A DNA stretch of 20,000 nucleotides from IMG/VR virus record IMGVR_UViG_3300048552_000127, one strand, 5' to 3'. The position numbers and the translations under genes are program-made. Below are positions 7,897 through 17,236 of this stretch, piece after piece. This DNA comes from an uncultured virus (IMG/VR IMGVR_UViG_3300048552_000127). Lineage: Duplodnaviria; Heunggongvirae; Uroviricota; Caudoviricetes. Position 1 is the first letter of the stretch. The number at the start of each line of letters is the position of its first letter. A model generated the notes under the pieces. It saw nothing but the letters and a program-made list of their open reading frames with translations. It did not search any database and was not told the DNA's origin.

Positions 7897-8225
7897 GCTA
7901 ATTCTTCTTGATTAGATACATAGAATAAGCCATAATTCTTTCCTATTCCTGTATTATCTTTAACCGCTTTATCTAAACTTGTACCTACTCTGAAACAGAA
8001 TATCTCCCCATGTGAGAAGTCATCTAATACATAACGGGATAATAAGCCCTGATCTTCCATTACTTTAACACTGGGTTTGACTAAAACCTCACCTATAAAG
8101 AGATCAAAGAATAATCTACCCTTCTCTAATAAACTCTCTTTAAATAAAAGAGTATAAGTTATCCCAGCTAATGTAATCTCTACCTCTGGATAGGCGGCTT
8201 CTGGTACTGGTATTTCTACTGCCAT
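7893..8225 (-). CDS. small baseplate protein
   Basis: 110 aa; EITLAGITYTL and C-terminal G..YGLFYV; conserved position before the hub. Confidence 0.7.
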   Translation of the reverse strand: MAVEIPVPEAAYPEVEITLAGITYTLLFKESLLEKGRLFFDLFIGEVLVKPSVKVMEDQGLLSRYVLDDFSHGEIFCFRVGTSLDKAVKDNTGIGKNYGLFYVSNQEELA

Positions 8226-8226
8226 G

Positions 8227-8808
8227 TTAATCTCCGTTAAGTGCCGCCGCTTTATTTTGATCTATTTTTGCTATCTGGAAAAAAGTAAAATCTTTAACAT
8301 CTTTTTCCTTAGTAGTGGCACTTTTCTTACTGGACTTGGAGGTTGTTGATTTAGCAACAGCAATAGAGGGTCTTGCAACTGACCTAGCTCCTGCTGCAAA
8401 CCTAGTCTTCTGTAACGTGAAATTAACATTGAAAGCATTACTACCTCCCTTATGTCTACCTACTTCTGAGTTTTGAGTATGACTAAAAGAAGTAAAATAA
8501 CAGTTACTATCAGGTGCTTGTTTATCACTATAAAACACTTTAATAGGTATCTTCTGTATCTGTGCAGACTTTAATCCATTAAGGTATTGTTCAGTGTTCT
8601 TATGAAAGTTAGTATCATCGAATGTAGATATATCTGTTATTAGTCCTGTGAAAGATATGGTAACAGGTTTAACTACATAGTTATCCGAACTGTAATTACC
8701 ATCTTCTACTAGAGAACTGGATAATGTACCAGAAGAATTTCTTGTTATATCTGTAGTGGCGTTCATTGCGTATATACGTCCATCTACTTCTAAATAAAAT
8801 ATAGACAA
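8227..8808 (-). CDS. Dit-like/tube-initiator baseplate protein
   Basis: TTG start; SSLVEDG...SDNYVVKP.TISFTGLITD motif; immediately after the tape measure gene. Confidence 0.75.
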   Translation of the reverse strand: MSIFYLEVDGRIYAMNATTDITRNSSGTLSSSLVEDGNYSSDNYVVKPVTISFTGLITDISTFDDTNFHKNTEQYLNGLKSAQIQKIPIKVFYSDKQAPDSNCYFTSFSHTQNSEVGRHKGGSNAFNVNFTLQKTRFAAGARSVARPSIAVAKSTTSKSSKKSATTKEKDVKDFTFFQIAKIDQNKAAALNGD

Positions 8809-10896
8809 TTAATTACCCCCTAAGTACATACTTTGTGTGTGATTATCTAATATGCTAGGCATAGACTCTTTAATAATTCTTTCTACTAGCCCAGTATCAG
8901 CACCATCTATATTATAGGTATGTACTACAGTTGTACCTCCGCTTCCTATTATTTGCTTAGAATATAGATCAGCTTCGGTAGATTGTTTATTAAGGACTTT
9001 GCTCAAGGGTGTTTCAACTAGACCAGAAGCCTTTAAACCTCCAAAGGTTGCTAAATTAACAGTCTCTATGTAGGCGGTTTTCATCTGATCCCAATAGTCT
9101 AACTTCATAAACTCTATGAGTACCCCAATATCTTCCCTTATGGAGTTATACACTTTCTCTATCATTTCACCTATCTTGTAAAACGTAAGGAATAGCCAAT
9201 TAGCATCTTCCATCTTCTTATTAGACTCTGCCTGAGCTTCAGCGAACTCCTTTGCAGCTCTAGCCATGTCTTGATACTTCTCAACATCTCCACTCTTAAA
9301 CAAAGTAATAGCAAACTCTATTGCCATTAGAGGCCACAATACTCTCATCAAACCCCTAAGAGATTTGCCTAATGTTTTAGTTTGTGCATCCGCTGTTTTA
9401 ATATCCTTACTCATACCTAAGAATGATTTACCTGTGGTAACAGCAGCTACCCCTACTTCCCTGAGTTTAACTATTGCTCTTCCCAGTGCGGGTATAAACT
9501 TCATTACAAATAAACCAATAAGTAATCTTATTGCACCTTGTATACCTTGGCCTTCTGATAACCCTAAAGCCATTCCCAGTTTATCTACACCATTAAATAC
9601 AAATGCTATTGCGTTAGAAAGCTCTCCAAACACTTTAGCTAAGCCTATTGCCAAAGGTGTAACAGCTTCAATGATATTAGATAAACCCCCAAAGGAGTTC
9701 ATAAATATATCTGTCATACCTGCATTAGCTACACCTTCAATAGCTTTATTAGTAGAATTTATCATTCTATTTTCTGCTGCTGTCATAGACTGCATGAAAG
9801 CTTCTAATGCACCTGAAGTTCTGCCTTGATCACTAAGTATTCTAGCTACTATTTTAGTAAACTCTTTAGCATCAACACCTGCTGTCTTAATTGTATCTTT
9901 AAAACTCTTTGTAGCTTTATCAAAATGATCCGCTGACCTTAGCCCCATTTCATCTAATGCTTGTACTGCTGCACCTGAGAATGCTGGTACTTGGTCAACA
10001 ATCTGATTAATCTCTTGAGCCTGTACTACAGAACCAGAGATCATCTGTCTAAAACCTAAGAATGCTAACTTAGCTGAATCTGCACTTGTACCAGCAGATG
10101 CTAAACCTTCTGATATCTGTGTGAATACTTTCTTAGCTGTTATCTCATCAACGCCACCTGACAATGCACCTACGTTAAATGTAGCAAATGCTTTGGCTGT
10201 ATCTTTATACCTTAACCCTAGTCTTTCTGTTAATTGATTAACATATACTAAATCTTCTGCTGACTTCTTAGAACTACCTGATGCTAATAGAGATGCAACA
10301 CGTATATTCTCCATCTCCGCAGACACTCTCTTTAAAGCACCTACACCTTGTATCACAGCAAATACAGATATCCAACTTCTAGCTAAATTATCTAAAGAAG
10401 ATTTCAACCCTTTAGCTGCTGTCATTTGACTCTTCATTTGTCTAGTCATAGACTTAGTGGCTTTACTAGAGGATGCTACAGCACGTCTGGATCTAGTAAC
10501 ACTATCTCCAAACTCTGTAAACTCTTTACTATTCTTGTCTGTTATTTTAGCCAAAGAAGCTAAGTCTTTATCTAAACTCTTTACTACTTCAACCAACTTT
10601 TTTATTCGCACCTGAGCTTCTTTAGAGTTAACCTTACGTAACTCTGCAATATCTCTTTCTGCTCTTATCTTTAGACCTTCTATCTGTCTACGTTGGGTGT
10701 CACGCTGGTTATTAGATAAAGGGAGTGTTCCACTTTCTCTAGGAGTTCTAGTCTTTCTTTCTCCAGAACCTCCCATCCCAGAACCAACATTCATATTCTG
10801 ATACTTGGCAAACTTCCTCTCTAAGTCTTGGAAGCCTTTATCTATTCTACTACTATCCCATTGTAACTGGAGAGTATGATCATCTAATGTTAACAT
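8809..10896 (-). CDS. tail tape measure protein
   Basis: 695 aa, helical, Ala/Lys-rich; QMISGSVVQAQEINQIVDQVP tape-measure motif; hydrophobic C-terminal half; GAGGAG RBS. Confidence 0.92.
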   Translation of the reverse strand: MLTLDDHTLQLQWDSSRIDKGFQDLERKFAKYQNMNVGSGMGGSGERKTRTPRESGTLPLSNNQRDTQRRQIEGLKIRAERDIAELRKVNSKEAQVRIKKLVEVVKSLDKDLASLAKITDKNSKEFTEFGDSVTRSRRAVASSSKATKSMTRQMKSQMTAAKGLKSSLDNLARSWISVFAVIQGVGALKRVSAEMENIRVASLLASGSSKKSAEDLVYVNQLTERLGLRYKDTAKAFATFNVGALSGGVDEITAKKVFTQISEGLASAGTSADSAKLAFLGFRQMISGSVVQAQEINQIVDQVPAFSGAAVQALDEMGLRSADHFDKATKSFKDTIKTAGVDAKEFTKIVARILSDQGRTSGALEAFMQSMTAAENRMINSTNKAIEGVANAGMTDIFMNSFGGLSNIIEAVTPLAIGLAKVFGELSNAIAFVFNGVDKLGMALGLSEGQGIQGAIRLLIGLFVMKFIPALGRAIVKLREVGVAAVTTGKSFLGMSKDIKTADAQTKTLGKSLRGLMRVLWPLMAIEFAITLFKSGDVEKYQDMARAAKEFAEAQAESNKKMEDANWLFLTFYKIGEMIEKVYNSIREDIGVLIEFMKLDYWDQMKTAYIETVNLATFGGLKASGLVETPLSKVLNKQSTEADLYSKQIIGSGGTTVVHTYNIDGADTGLVERIIKESMPSILDNHTQSMYLGGN

Positions 10897-10911
10897 GTTA
10901 CGCTCCTCTTA

Positions 10912-11226
10912 TTATTCTCTAGGTTTATTATCTAAGTGAGCAGCATGTTCCATAGATTCGATCACACTTATATACTGTTCTATATCCATAACACCTTTTA
11001 GTGTATATTCATATTTCAGCTTATTTACAGAAGCATCTCCAGAGGGGCAATGTTTATTAGTTGCCAACCCCATGAAGAATAACTCTTTATCTGATAGAGA
11101 TAAGTTATCTTTGATTAACTCTCTAACTCTTCGTTGCTCTCTACCCGAACTGGTGCTTGCATCCCCTGAAACAGAGTAAGGATTTCTGAACCGCTTGCCA
11201 GCCCATCTATCTGAAACCCACTTGGA
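10912..11226 (-). CDS. -1 frame extension of the tail assembly chaperone (G-T-type fusion, 231 aa predicted)
   Basis: The -1 frame is open from 11244 to TAA at 10914-10912 and fills the gap before the tape measure gene; slippery G GAT TTT at 11232-11226. Confidence 0.8.
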   Translation of the reverse strand, partial: SKWVSDRWAGKRFRNPYSVSGDASTSSGREQRRVRELIKDNLSLSDKELFFMGLATNKHCPSGDASVNKLKYEYTLKGVMDIEQYISVIESMEHAAHLDNKPRE

Positions 11227-11606
11227 AAATCCGAAAAGTTCTCCTTAAAAGCCCATATCGTCACGGAGATTAAATGGGCATACTTACCTCTAAAGTGTTT
11301 ATTGAAGTCTACTTTAACTCCGTCCACCTCTAATGAAGTTAATAGAGATGTCATTAAATTCTTAACATCTACTCTTTCTAAAGTAGACATCAAAGCCATT
11401 GCAATGTTGCTAGTGAAGTTATAAGAACCTATATCATCTCCTATAGCTCCACTATCCCATGCTTCTGCAATAGGGACTGATAGGAGCTTAAACACTCCCA
11501 TTCCTACGTCCCATCCTTTATCTGCATCTAGTAATGTAATTTGATAATTTACACCGTCAAACTCTTTACTAACTATCCCTGCCTGTCCTAATAAATCGTG
11601 TTGCAT
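11115..11606 (-). CDS. tail assembly chaperone
   Basis: Between tube and tape measure; DFNKHFRGKY...WAFKENFSDF motif; AGGAGG RBS. Confidence 0.85.
   Translation of the reverse strand: MQHDLLGQAGIVSKEFDGVNYQITLLDADKGWDVGMGVFKLLSVPIAEAWDSGAIGDDIGSYNFTSNIAMALMSTLERVDVKNLMTSLLTSLEVDGVKVDFNKHFRGKYAHLISVTIWAFKENFSDFPSGFQIDGLASGSEILTLFQGMQAPVRVESNEELES
11180..11246 (-). promoter_or_regulatory. programmed -1 ribosomal frameshift signal
   Basis: AAGGAG 11246-11241, GGATTTT 11232-11226, hairpin GGGTTTC (11219-11213)/GAAATCC (11186-11180). Confidence 0.7.
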
Positions 11607-11633
11607 AATCCCCTCCTACAGAGATTTAATTAT

Positions 11634-12134
11634 TTAACCAGCAAAAGAAGAAAGGTTCTCTACTGCTGCTGCTACTTCTGCAATAGTCCCTGCTGTCTCT
11701 GCCATACCTGCGGGTACTGATAAGAAATCAAAGTCTTCTGCATGTAGAGTCCAAGTTCTATCCTGCCTCTCAGTTGCACCTACTAGACTAGGAGCTGATT
11801 GAATCTTAACCCTAGAGAACTTAGCAATAGCTGCACCTGATCTATCTGCATAAGTGAATGCTCCTCTATATATTCTTTCATCTAAATCTTGTGCTAACAC
11901 AACACCAGACAGGAAGATATTAATAGGGGCTGATTGGTCTACTGTTAATTCAATAGTACCTGTACGGTCTGGGCTTTTACTTGTACCTACAGAGCCATCA
12001 GCCCCTACTCTTGAAGAGGTTAGGTCTGAACTTCTGTTAGCAGTTATAAAGGTTTCTGCTAAACCTGTAATTGTTTGCCCAAGGAAAACTAATCTAACTT
12101 TCCTACTTGCATAATCTTCTAAAATTGTTGACAT
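11634..12134 (-). CDS. tail tube protein
   Basis: ITGLAETFIT, VGADG, DRTGTIELT.DQSAP.N motifs (DUF3277-like); follows the sheath gene. Confidence 0.88.
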   Translation of the reverse strand: MSTILEDYASRKVRLVFLGQTITGLAETFITANRSSDLTSSRVGADGSVGTSKSPDRTGTIELTVDQSAPINIFLSGVVLAQDLDERIYRGAFTYADRSGAAIAKFSRVKIQSAPSLVGATERQDRTWTLHAEDFDFLSVPAGMAETAGTIAEVAAAVENLSSFAG

Positions 12135-12150
12135 ATATTATTATTCCTTG

Positions 12151-13518
12151 TTAAGACTGTGCTTCATAAGTTAAGCGACCATTAAGTGCTGCGATGATCT
12201 GAATAGCACCTGCTAAGTACATAGTAACTTCTCCGCTGAATGTTCTTGCTGCTACGTCACCAAAAGAGATATTAGCTCGTTCTGGTAAGTTAATCTTATA
12301 AGGATTATCTTCTTGTAGAATGTTTGGTGTAGCACCTCTAGCTTTGTATCTATCTAATGTAGAACTAATTACATTATCAATTAGAGCAATACCTGCATCT
12401 GTGTAGATAATTTTAGGTTGATTGATAGTTAAGTTCTGTAAGTTCTCTGTTAAGCGAGCTTCTAGGAAATCCCTATCACGTATAATATCTACGAAGAATG
12501 TAGCACCACCTGACACTGTACCTCTACGTGTGATACTTGTAGAATCATCTTTACCTATAGCTTCAGTGAAAGAAGAATTTTTATTGGTTAAGTTAGTTTT
12601 GTCTGTATCTGATAAGTAATTACCAGTAAGGGGGTTTTTAGCTGCACCTATCTGTTTGATAATGTTACCTGAGATTACATACTTACCTGCATCACGGGGG
12701 GCAAACATTGCTAAGTAATTCATCTCTGGAAACTTAGTATCTGCTTCGTGGTGAAACCAGTAAGATGTTCTATAACGAGCATTCTGTTTTAATACAGAGG
12801 GTATATCTGTAGCACTCTCTGAGTACACACCTAAGTCAGCTTGATTCTGAGTTGATACCCAATACTGCTTAGTACGTGATTCAATATCATTAGATAATGC
12901 TTCAATAAATGCTGCACTATGGTCGTTACACGCTACGAAGTAGAAGTCATCATCTTCATCTGTAATATCAGCCATCATATTAGCGGCTGTCTGTGTAGTG
13001 ATAGTTGTGTAAGTTAGTTTATTAATATCTGTAACAGCATAAGCGGCTGTACCAGACTTAGCTAATGTAACACTACCTGTGTTGTCTGTAAGTGTAATAC
13101 CAGTGGGACTGCCTAATGCTGTAAACAAAGCTGTAGCAATAGTAGTGGCTGTTTCTGAACCAGTGGTAGTTACGAATGTAGCTGTAGTAGTTACATCTGC
13201 TGTATCAAGAACTTGTAGTGTATACTCTTGTCCAGCACTTGTAGCTGCATCTGGTGTGAATGTAATACTATCAACTTCTCTACGGCCTACTTTAACTGTA
13301 GAAGGATCAATGTCTTGTGAGAATGCTGCTTGCATACCTGCATAAACATCAGATGAAGTAGGGAAGTCGCCCTGCCATCCTGTAGCGGTTGTATATGATC
13401 TAGTTTTCTCTTTAAACCAAACATGGTCTGCAATAAAGATAGGAGTACCAAATGTTGCTCTGGATACGCCTGTAACATCTAACGAGATGTTAACTGTGAC
13501 AATTTGTTGATAAGACAA
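12151..13518 (-). CDS. tail sheath protein (DUF3383-like)
   Basis: TTG start with AAGGAG; IVTVNISL...FGTPIFI, FVDIIRDRDFLEARL, KIIYTDAGI, LAGAI motifs. Confidence 0.92.
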   Translation of the reverse strand: MSYQQIVTVNISLDVTGVSRATFGTPIFIADHVWFKEKTRSYTTATGWQGDFPTSSDVYAGMQAAFSQDIDPSTVKVGRREVDSITFTPDAATSAGQEYTLQVLDTADVTTTATFVTTTGSETATTIATALFTALGSPTGITLTDNTGSVTLAKSGTAAYAVTDINKLTYTTITTQTAANMMADITDEDDDFYFVACNDHSAAFIEALSNDIESRTKQYWVSTQNQADLGVYSESATDIPSVLKQNARYRTSYWFHHEADTKFPEMNYLAMFAPRDAGKYVISGNIIKQIGAAKNPLTGNYLSDTDKTNLTNKNSSFTEAIGKDDSTSITRRGTVSGGATFFVDIIRDRDFLEARLTENLQNLTINQPKIIYTDAGIALIDNVISSTLDRYKARGATPNILQEDNPYKINLPERANISFGDVAARTFSGEVTMYLAGAIQIIAALNGRLTYEAQS

Positions 13519-13547
13519 TATATTTCTCCTTTAAGAAATTTTATTAT

Positions 13548-14111
13548 TTATGGTGTTGGAACTACTATGGTGGAATCCAGAGTGTTATTTACAGAGTTAT
13601 CAATATTAATAGTTGATATATAACCTGTCTGTTCATCTATCACTGTGTCTGTAATACTAAAGTTCAAGGTGAACCCTGCTGCTTCTACATAACGAGTGGA
13701 TAGTTTTTCAGGGAGAGAATTAACTGCAAATACATCTTCTACTTCTCCTGTTGTATTAGTTTTAACTTCATCTAATATCCTACCTATACGGAACTTACCT
13801 TTAAGCTCATGTGCTATGTCAAAGGCATCTTCTCCGTATACAGTGTATTGAAATAAGATTCTGTAGTAAGATGAGAAGTAAGGGTTGCCATCTGTATTAA
13901 CTCCTGATTGCATTAACCAAGAACCTGAATCATCCACTACTATTTTATCTACTGTGATATAAGGGTAATCAGGGAGTGTACCTGTGTCTCTGCTTAGAAT
14001 TACAGAAGGTACTAACCCTGTTTCTATTTCTATAGTAGATAATTTACTTCCTACTTCTTCCCTAGCAACTCTTATGAGTTCATCTGTTATTACATCAAAG
14101 GCTATAGCCAT
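13548..14111 (-). CDS. tail terminator / neck protein
   Basis: PDYPYIT motif; position directly before the sheath gene. Confidence 0.75.
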   Translation of the reverse strand: MAIAFDVITDELIRVAREEVGSKLSTIEIETGLVPSVILSRDTGTLPDYPYITVDKIVVDDSGSWLMQSGVNTDGNPYFSSYYRILFQYTVYGEDAFDIAHELKGKFRIGRILDEVKTNTTGEVEDVFAVNSLPEKLSTRYVEAAGFTLNFSITDTVIDEQTGYISTINIDNSVNNTLDSTIVVPTP

Positions 14112-14113
14112 TA

Positions 14114-14503
14114 TTAATCCTCTAGGTTAAACTGAGATAAAATATCTTCTCTTATTGCTAAGGCTTCATAATGATCTGCTAGTAGTCCGTGTGTAGACCA
14201 GCTGGCTACTTTAAAAGCTACATAAATTTCATCATCTATCTCTACTCTATCTGCTTTTAGCTTTGTCTTTTGACTAGCTTGTTTCATAGCAAACTTAGTA
14301 AATAACACCCTAGCATCGTCTGATTTTATACCTTCAGGTAATACGTGCTGTGTGCTTCCTTTAGTGAAAGGTTGTATACTAAACTTGACATCCTCTATGT
14401 ACTCAGGCTCTCTATCTACTGTTCTATTTCCTTTAGTAGAATCTCTATAACTCCCTGTATGTCTGATAACATCTAAAGGTGTTTTAATAATCATAAACGT
14501 CAT
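14114..14503 (-). CDS. head closure protein
   Basis: SIQP, LPEG, ADRVEIDDEIY, HYEALAIR motifs. Confidence 0.75.
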   Translation of the reverse strand: MTFMIIKTPLDVIRHTGSYRDSTKGNRTVDREPEYIEDVKFSIQPFTKGSTQHVLPEGIKSDDARVLFTKFAMKQASQKTKLKADRVEIDDEIYVAFKVASWSTHGLLADHYEALAIREDILSQFNLED

Positions 14504-14997
14504 ATACCAACCTCCTTAACTACGTTATCATAAGAACTCTTATAAGCTGTTGCTGACTTCAATTCACCTGTATCTAAAAGAGGAGTAGTGTTACTTCCAA
14601 TGATAGGCATCATATGTCCAGTTTTACCAAACATACTCATGTAATCTCTACGTAATGCTTCGCCAACTTCTTCTAAGAAAACCATATTAGCTTTTTTATT
14701 ATCTAGGTTCTTAGACCACTTAATGTATGCAGCTTTAACTTTGGGGTTTTTAAGTATTCCACCGTTCCTGAGTTGCATGAATTGAAACGCTGCCATTGGA
14801 TTCTTTCTAACGCCTTCTTGGAAAGTTCCAGCAGCCCAACCTTGTAAAAGTTCTACATAGGATAAATCAGATGAACCATGTAATCCGCTTGATGCGAAAT
14901 GACCAACCTCTAACTTCTGCTTACTTAGATTTTGAAGATTTTTTATTAGTTGATCTGTCTTTCCGTTCTTCTTTTTTACTACCTTCGACTGCACCAT
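14500..14997 (-). CDS. neck/tail completion protein
   Basis: Basic protein; LEVG and PLLDTGELKSA (PLIDTG-x-L motif). Confidence 0.75.
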   Translation of the reverse strand: MVQSKVVKKKNGKTDQLIKNLQNLSKQKLEVGHFASSGLHGSSDLSYVELLQGWAAGTFQEGVRKNPMAAFQFMQLRNGGILKNPKVKAAYIKWSKNLDNKKANMVFLEEVGEALRRDYMSMFGKTGHMMPIIGSNTTPLLDTGELKSATAYKSSYDNVVKEVGI

Positions 14998-15085
14998 TAG
15001 TAGAGGATTCCTTTTCTGTTTTAATCTCTATAATTGAATCTTCTAAGATGTTTCCATCTTTATCTTTTACTAATCGCTTTATCAT
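14921..15085 (-). CDS. 54-aa charged small protein, not in the ORF track
   Basis: GAGGA RBS and ATG at 15085; MIKRLVKDKDGNILEDSIIEIKTEKESSTNGAVEGSKKEERKDRSTNKKSSKSK; TAA at 14923-14921; fills an otherwise empty gap. Confidence 0.7.
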   Translation of the reverse strand: MIKRLVKDKDGNILEDSIIEIKTEKESSTNGAVEGSKKEERKDRSTNKKSSKSK

Positions 15086-15096
15086 ATTATTCCTCT

Positions 15097-15531
15097 TTAT
15101 AAGATTAAGTTAGTTTCTTCACTGCAACCTGTAGTCACAGCTTTATCAGCGTCTCTAATCACTTGGATACCAAATGTAGTGGGTAAGTTATAGCCGCCTT
15201 TAGGAAGGTAAGGGCATATATCTGGGAGAGAATTAATAAACTCTTTCCATACACTCTTCTGATTCTCTAAGGAGAACTCTAACAGTACGCCGCCTACTTT
15301 CTGCTTAGTCATAGATGCAGAATCTACAGAGTGTTTGGAGTTATTCATTAGTCCAGCCACTTTCATAGCCTTACAAAGAGCTTCTGAATAATACAACTCA
15401 TCGTCTTCTGGGATATGCCTAGTGATAATGGTTTCTAGTATGTTCTCTAACTGGGATTCAATTAGTTTATTTTGATCTGGAAGGTTAAGTATTAAATCCC
15501 CCAGTATTTCTTTTCTATTTATTATGGGCAT
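15097..15531 (-). CDS. head-tail adaptor
   Basis: First gene after the capsid gene; helical N-terminus followed by a KQKVGGVLLEFS beta-hairpin motif. Confidence 0.7.
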   Translation of the reverse strand: MPIINRKEILGDLILNLPDQNKLIESQLENILETIITRHIPEDDELYYSEALCKAMKVAGLMNNSKHSVDSASMTKQKVGGVLLEFSLENQKSVWKEFINSLPDICPYLPKGGYNLPTTFGIQVIRDADKAVTTGCSEETNLIL

Positions 15532-15544
15532 ATAGTATCCTTAA

Positions 15545-15591
15545 ATTTTATAATAAATACTCATAGGGAATATAAATACTTATTATAAAAT
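15545..15591 (-). promoter_or_regulatory. 21-bp AU-rich RNA hairpin
   Basis: ATTTTATAATAAGTATTTATA-TTCCC-TATGAGTATTTATTATAAAAT pairs fully on the - strand with 3 G-U pairs. Confidence 0.7.
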
Positions 15592-15611
15592 AAGCCACGT
15601 CCCTGTGGCTT
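15585..15611 (-). terminator. intrinsic terminator after the major capsid gene
   Basis: AAGCCAC-AGGGAC-GTGGCTT stem-loop followed by ATTTTAT, 19 nt after the capsid stop. Confidence 0.8.
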
Positions 15612-15630
15612 CAATATAAACTTCTAATTA

Positions 15631-16734
15631 TTAGTTAGAAGAAACAAACTTCTGAACTAGCTTAGGATTACGGTTCATGTAGAGGTTATTAGACTCTTCA
15701 AACAATGTAATACCACGGCGTTTATGTTCTTCTGCAAAAGAATAACGTTTCATACCAGAGGTATTAACATAATCCATAGTCATAGAAGGGCTATAAATAG
15801 TGGCAAACATATTATCCGCACCTGCTGGAATCAAGAAACCTGCGTTAGTACCTAATAGTGAAGTACCACCAATGCTATCTGCCATACGGATATAAGTAAT
15901 ACCAGTTAGTACAGAAGTAAAGTTTCTACGTTTGAATACCATCTCATCTGCACTGAAGCCACCACGATCACCAGCTAAGATAGACAAGTCTAAAGTAGTA
16001 CTAGAGTCAATACCTGCAACAGCAGCAGTTTGTGTTTGTTCATAGTCAAATAGTTTGTCGTACAAGTCACCAGATACAGGCATAACTAGAGAAGTATAGC
16101 TTGTACCAGCTAATGCACATTCTTCTTGCATCTTATCCACTGCATCGTTAAGTTTCTTCTCTACGTCTGCACCACTGCCTACTAGCAAGTCTACAGCGTC
16201 ATAACCTAAGTTAGCACGTGTATCACCATGAATATCGGCAAAGTAGTCATAAGATTTAGCATCGCCACCAAATACAAAGTTAGTATCTGTAGTTAATACT
16301 TTAGCTAGTGCAATCTCGTTAAAATCATTCCATGAACGATCCATCTTAGTAGACATCTCTTGTACACGCTCTTCAGTTGTGTACATTTCTTCACTGAAAG
16401 GTTTACGCTTGCCAGCAACATCCATAGGAGATACATTAGCAGAGATACCATAAGAACCTGTGCGGTATAACATCTCACGTGCATTATCTTTCTTAACTCG
16501 TCCACCACCAACTTCATCGAAGCGTTTACCTTCAGGTAGTTGTACAGTTTCTACTAACTCATCATGACTAAGTTTATCTGTGGTTACAGAGAACTCATTA
16601 GAAGTACCCGCAAGTAGTGCTTGTAATAAACCTGTCTTAACAGATTCCTTACGCTTAATACCACTTGTTACATCCTGCATCTCAAAAGAGTTCATCTCTG
16701 AGCGTACAGCTTTATCAATCGCTTTAATTGTCAT
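15631..16734 (-). CDS. major capsid protein
   Basis: 367 aa; position after scaffold and decoration genes; followed by a terminator; C-terminal EESNNLYMNRNPKLV resembles capsid-E-type endings. Confidence 0.88.
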   Translation of the reverse strand: MTIKAIDKAVRSEMNSFEMQDVTSGIKRKESVKTGLLQALLAGTSNEFSVTTDKLSHDELVETVQLPEGKRFDEVGGGRVKKDNAREMLYRTGSYGISANVSPMDVAGKRKPFSEEMYTTEERVQEMSTKMDRSWNDFNEIALAKVLTTDTNFVFGGDAKSYDYFADIHGDTRANLGYDAVDLLVGSGADVEKKLNDAVDKMQEECALAGTSYTSLVMPVSGDLYDKLFDYEQTQTAAVAGIDSSTTLDLSILAGDRGGFSADEMVFKRRNFTSVLTGITYIRMADSIGGTSLLGTNAGFLIPAGADNMFATIYSPSMTMDYVNTSGMKRYSFAEEHKRRGITLFEESNNLYMNRNPKLVQKFVSSN

Positions 16735-16750
16735 TGTTCTTTAATTCCTC

Positions 16751-17236
16751 TTATGCTAAGTAAGATGCAGCAGCATCAGCAGCTTGGTTAGTAGTAGTGA
16801 TACGTTGTGCTTCTAGTTGCGCTAAGAATAGTGCTTGTGCAGGAGCAGCCGCGCCGTTCCAGATAACACCTTCATTTAAGATAGCTGCATCACCACGGTA
16901 TAGTACAGTCATTTTGCTTCCTGCAACTGCTAGATCAGTATCTTCATCATTGAAACCTTTACCTTGATAATTACCAACTGATACAGCAACTACTGAACCA
17001 TCTTTAAGTGGTGAACCACCTGTTGAAATAGCTGTTGCAATATTCTGTGCTACATATGGTTCAAATCGTGAATTACCATCAACCCAAATAAGTGCTACAC
17101 CAATATTATCTACTTTACCTGTACCGCCTACTGCAACAGTTTGGAAGTTAAAGTCCACTGCGTTTTCGTATGCAAAAGTGTCAACACCTGCTAACAATTC
17201 TGATTCTAATTTTCTACTTGTAGAAACTACTGGCAT
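16751..17236 (-). CDS. head decoration/stabilisation protein
   Basis: 161 aa, Ala/Gly/Val-rich, VLYRGDAAIL motif; between scaffold and capsid genes. Confidence 0.75.
   Translation of the reverse strand: MPVVSTSRKLESELLAGVDTFAYENAVDFNFQTVAVGGTGKVDNIGVALIWVDGNSRFEPYVAQNIATAISTGGSPLKDGSVVAVSVGNYQGKGFNDEDTDLAVAGSKMTVLYRGDAAILNEGVIWNGAAAPAQALFLAQLEAQRITTTNQAADAAASYLA

Noticed and set aside
15571..15578. TATAAATA, the T4 late promoter consensus
   Set aside because: It is on the + strand, antisense to the operon, and is explained as part of the AT-rich hairpin.
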